A stretch of 64,000 nucleotides of DNA from Rotaria socialis (lineage: Eukaryota). The stretch is from NCBI GenBank assembly GCA_905331295.1, contig CAJNYD010000042.1, positions 1-64,000 on the forward strand, written 5' to 3'. Numbering within the stretch: the first letter of the stretch is position 1; the number at the start of each line of letters is the position of its first letter. This document shows positions 60,826 through 64,000 of this stretch, piece after piece. The notes beneath the pieces were generated by a model that was not told the origin of the DNA, did no database searches, and saw only the letters and a list, made by a program, of their open reading frames with translations. The position numbers were made by a program, and so were the translations under genes.

Positions 60826-62856
60826 ATGAGTGTGTCTTTCAAGCCACAAAATACGAGGGTTGCTGCGACAAAGCGAACAATAAGGTATGAAAACATATTA
60901 ATGAATATGTTTATTATTTGAATTTGAATGTGTTAAATATTTCAAGAGATTTGAAAGATCTTGACAAACTTCCAATACCCGGGCTTGGTGTTACTTGTCC
61001 TGATGAATCGGATCCATTTGTTTTACATTGTAACGTATGTGTTTCAGCAAATATTTGATCTACACATCAAAATAATTGATTTGTTATTTAGGTATTGATA
61101 AATGATGGCCCCTATCATGGAGTTATGATTCATTTAATTCTTCACATTCCAGAAGATTATCCATTGACAGGTCCAGCTGGAAATATAGCACCTGGCTTAG
61201 AATTCGATTCTAGATATCATGGTCATATTCATGAAGACTACAGGTATGATCATATTTTGATAGTGAACTTTGTAACTTTTATCTATCACTTTCAGAAATG
61301 GGCATGCTTTGTGTAATGATTTATTGACGAATTTTGCAGCCTACTTTCGCTCTGTCGATAGAGGTACCACTAAACAAGCCAGTGGTTGGAGGTAACTAAA
61401 CGAGTTGTAGACATCGTCTAAATTCACCAATCATTTTCTCTTGTATTTCTAGTCCTGGTTATACGTTATCAACAGCGCTCCTCCAAATCGTTACATTTTT
61501 TGCAGACCCTGATCTTCGTTTTACGCCCTCTTCAGAAAGCATTGCCGATCTCCGCCGTATGGTCAAAAATTTCACATGCAAAACATGCGGTCATTCGTAT
61601 ACCAATCCAAATCCGACTATAGTCGGTTATAATGAAAAAAATGCAGATGAGCAACAAACGATAGAAGAAGAACTAATGAAATCCAAGCGTGAACTAATAG
61701 AAAAATTAACATGTGGTGTAACAAAACAAAATGTCATAGAAGATCAAATTTGTCTTGGTTATCCATTATTAGTTACACGTGATAATCGTGGTCGACTGTG
61801 GCCAGAAATTGTTTTGGAACTTATTTCTTACGATGCATACGTTGCAGAAATACAGAAATCCGGTGGAGAAAAATTAGATTTTTATGAAAATTTAAAATTT
61901 CGTTCTGTCACAGGTGCAGATTACAACCATTGGTTGCCTTTGTATATTAATGCGAATCATTTTCGACAAGGACAAACAATTATTCAAAATAGTATTAGTG
62001 TTATTTATAATGGTACTGCTCGAGGTAGTGCAAGATATGATTTTATGCCAAACATGGCATTGAGTGTCTTGACTACTTTAATGAATAAATCAGCTGTGCG
62101 TTTATTTAATGGTCAAATGTATGAATCAGCACAAGCGATAGAAGCATATTGCCATTTTTTACGTTTATTAATGCATTTTATCGATATTTTTCCTGCATTA
62201 GGTAAAGTACAAATAGCAATAAATTTTGTTAAAGAATATTGTTCATATTTGTTTTTTTGTCGTCTTTTAGATTCTAGGATTAATAAAATTGTGGAAGGAT
62301 TCACGACAACATTAGCTGGCTGTAATAAAAAGGTAGTGCCAGATATTGGTGAATTTTTGATACAAATCGCGTTATCAACAAAATATAAATTCAATGATGT
62401 TAAAAAATATGTCTACGAAGAATATTTTGCTCGACAAATATATTGGATTCAAAAAAATAGTACAATTAAAAATTTGTTACATATAACGACAGCAGATTTA
62501 CCTGAAATATTTCAAGCAGTAAAAGTATCAAATCATTTGTTAGTATTCAATCTGGAAATGGCTGAAACATTTATTTTTCCAGGTGTCAAAGAGTGAGTAT
62601 CTGCTTTTCGCATTATCAACTATGTTGTACTATACACTTTATCTTTAGACGTCTGGATCGATTATATGGGTATCCACCTACAGTTATTGTCGAAAAATTT
62701 CAAACACGCTTAAAAGCTATTAAAGCAATAGATCGATATAGTGTGTTAATGCAAGCTATCCGTCTTAGTGACACAATCAAATCACCAGATGACATGATTG
62801 ATTTGATAAAACGTTCCATACATGTATCAAATCAACAAGGCTATACCAATATATGA
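60826..62856 (+). CDS. Atypical E2 (UBC-fold) domain fused to a long C-terminal domain of unknown function; about 7 exons
   Basis: MSVSF..ATKRTIR|DLKDL..LHCN|VLINDGPYHG..HIPEDYPLTGP..YHGHIHEDYR|NGHALCNDLL..SGWS|PGYTLSTALLQI..CKTCGH..HWLPLYIN..AIEAYCHF..VPDIGEFL..stop 62856. Confidence 0.85.
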
Positions 62857-62991
62857 TAGACAATTCAATTTCAAGGTCGAAATTGATATAATTCATACTC
62901 ATGAAGATATATCCGTGTGGCAACGCATAGATGGCAAAAATATGTACTTTACTAAACATGCATGTTCCACAGTAGTAAATTATGTTAGACA

Positions 62992-63429
62992 TCATTCTTG
63001 TTTTTTTTTATCATTTCGGCGAATAGCCCCACATATCTTAATAAATGAAAGCGAAAGAATAAATAGACGACCTCTCTTGATTGGCATCATTCTAAATTTG
63101 TCTTGGGGGTGTGGTTCCATTTGATCAGCAATCATTTGGAGCATGGCTCGCAGATAACATGTCTGTTCATGTTCATCGCCCAATTGTTTAGTAGCAATAT
63201 TGAGAGCTTTCATGCCAATGTCAAAAGCTTCTGAATATCTTTCTAATTTGGAAAGTCCTAAAGTAATATGATTGTAAGTGGCAACAAGCGATGGATGATC
63301 ATCGGGTAATGAGCGCTTTTGAGTTTCCAAACATTTATTAAGCATGGATAATCCTTCTTCATAATATCCATGTTCAATATATTCAATCGTACCACGTTTT
63401 GGATCTTTATCTTTAGTACTTTGGTTCAT
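62992..63429 (-). CDS. TPR_12/kinesin-light-chain-like TPR fragment
   Basis: YEEGLSMLNKCLETQKRSLPDDHPSLVATYNHI...KALNIATKQLGDEH; short, may be a remnant. Confidence 0.65.
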   Translation of the reverse strand: MNQSTKDKDPKRGTIEYIEHGYYEEGLSMLNKCLETQKRSLPDDHPSLVATYNHITLGLSKLERYSEAFDIGMKALNIATKQLGDEHEQTCYLRAMLQMIADQMEPHPQDKFRMMPIKRGRLFILSLSFIKICGAIRRNDKKKQE

Positions 63430-63765
63430 TTTACAACTATCAAATAGTCGCTTAAATGTAGGGCTTCTAATGAATTTGGCTGACGAGAGAAAAGATAAAT
63501 CTAAAAGCGATAGATATCGCTTGACCAAGGACGTATATGTGAAGTGTATCCCATTGGTGTCACTAGTTGATGGAATTGCAAACAATCTTAACATGCAAGA
63601 AAATCGAAAAAATTTCAAAATCATTATAAAGTATTTTTTCTTATCGGTGGGTGGGCGCCGCCCACCATAGCCCCCCCCCCCTCCTAGATACGCCACTAAC
63701 ACACACACACTTAATCTTGTAGTGAAATGTTAATGAATGCATAGAGTTTAGTTCATGAATGAGTG

Positions 63766-64000
63766 TCAACAATGTAAAAGAACACTGACGGTGTTTGAAC
63801 CAGCGTTTCCGACAATAATATCCAGTTTATTGTCACTATTCACGTCAACTACTGCTACTGCTCGTGGATTAGCGCCAGTTGCGTAAGTAGATTGAGTAAG
63901 AAATGTGCCACTGCCATTGTTGACGAGAACACCGACATTGTTCGAATTATAGTTTGCGACAATAATATCGGGTTTAGTGTCACTATTCACATCAACTACT
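63766..64000 (-). CDS. C-terminus of an FG-GAP/VCBS-repeat protein (runs off the window)
   Basis: DVNSDTKPDIIVANYNSNNVGVL..GSGTF and DVNSDNKLDIIVGN; stop at 63766. Confidence 0.85.
   Translation of the reverse strand, partial: VVDVNSDTKPDIIVANYNSNNVGVLVNNGSGTFLTQSTYATGANPRAVAVVDVNSDNKLDIIVGNAGSNTVSVLLHC

Overview
AT-rich eukaryotic genomic DNA with short (about 40-60 nt) GT-AG introns. The gene families (WWE-ART, NHL, FG-GAP, TPR, CBM-like heads on mucin stalks, intronless bacterial-like genes) and the abundant TGTGGG tracts suggest a bdelloid rotifer (inference). Bases 1-45,000 are largely nested DNA transposons: hAT-, P-, piggyBac-, Ginger- and CACTA-like MITEs, Helentron-associated elements, MULE, Tc1 and a 5'-truncated Helitron. 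Among them lie two recently duplicated mucin-stalk genes that share a near-identical stalk exon but end in different head domains (CBM-like vs NHL), a sulfotransferase, and an E2 enzyme with CCCC at its active site. Bases 46,000-64,000 are a dense accessory cluster: PhyH-HEAT dioxygenase, a disrupted WWE-ADP-ribosyltransferase next to an intact NADAR glycohydrolase, a large Cys-rich multi-TM gene, an atypical E2 fusion, TPR and FG-GAP genes. Most notable are the NADAR/ART pair, a dozen short head-to-head telomere-like repeat units (several at truncation junctions) and the head-swapped paralogues. Gene models were spliced by eye and no searches were run.
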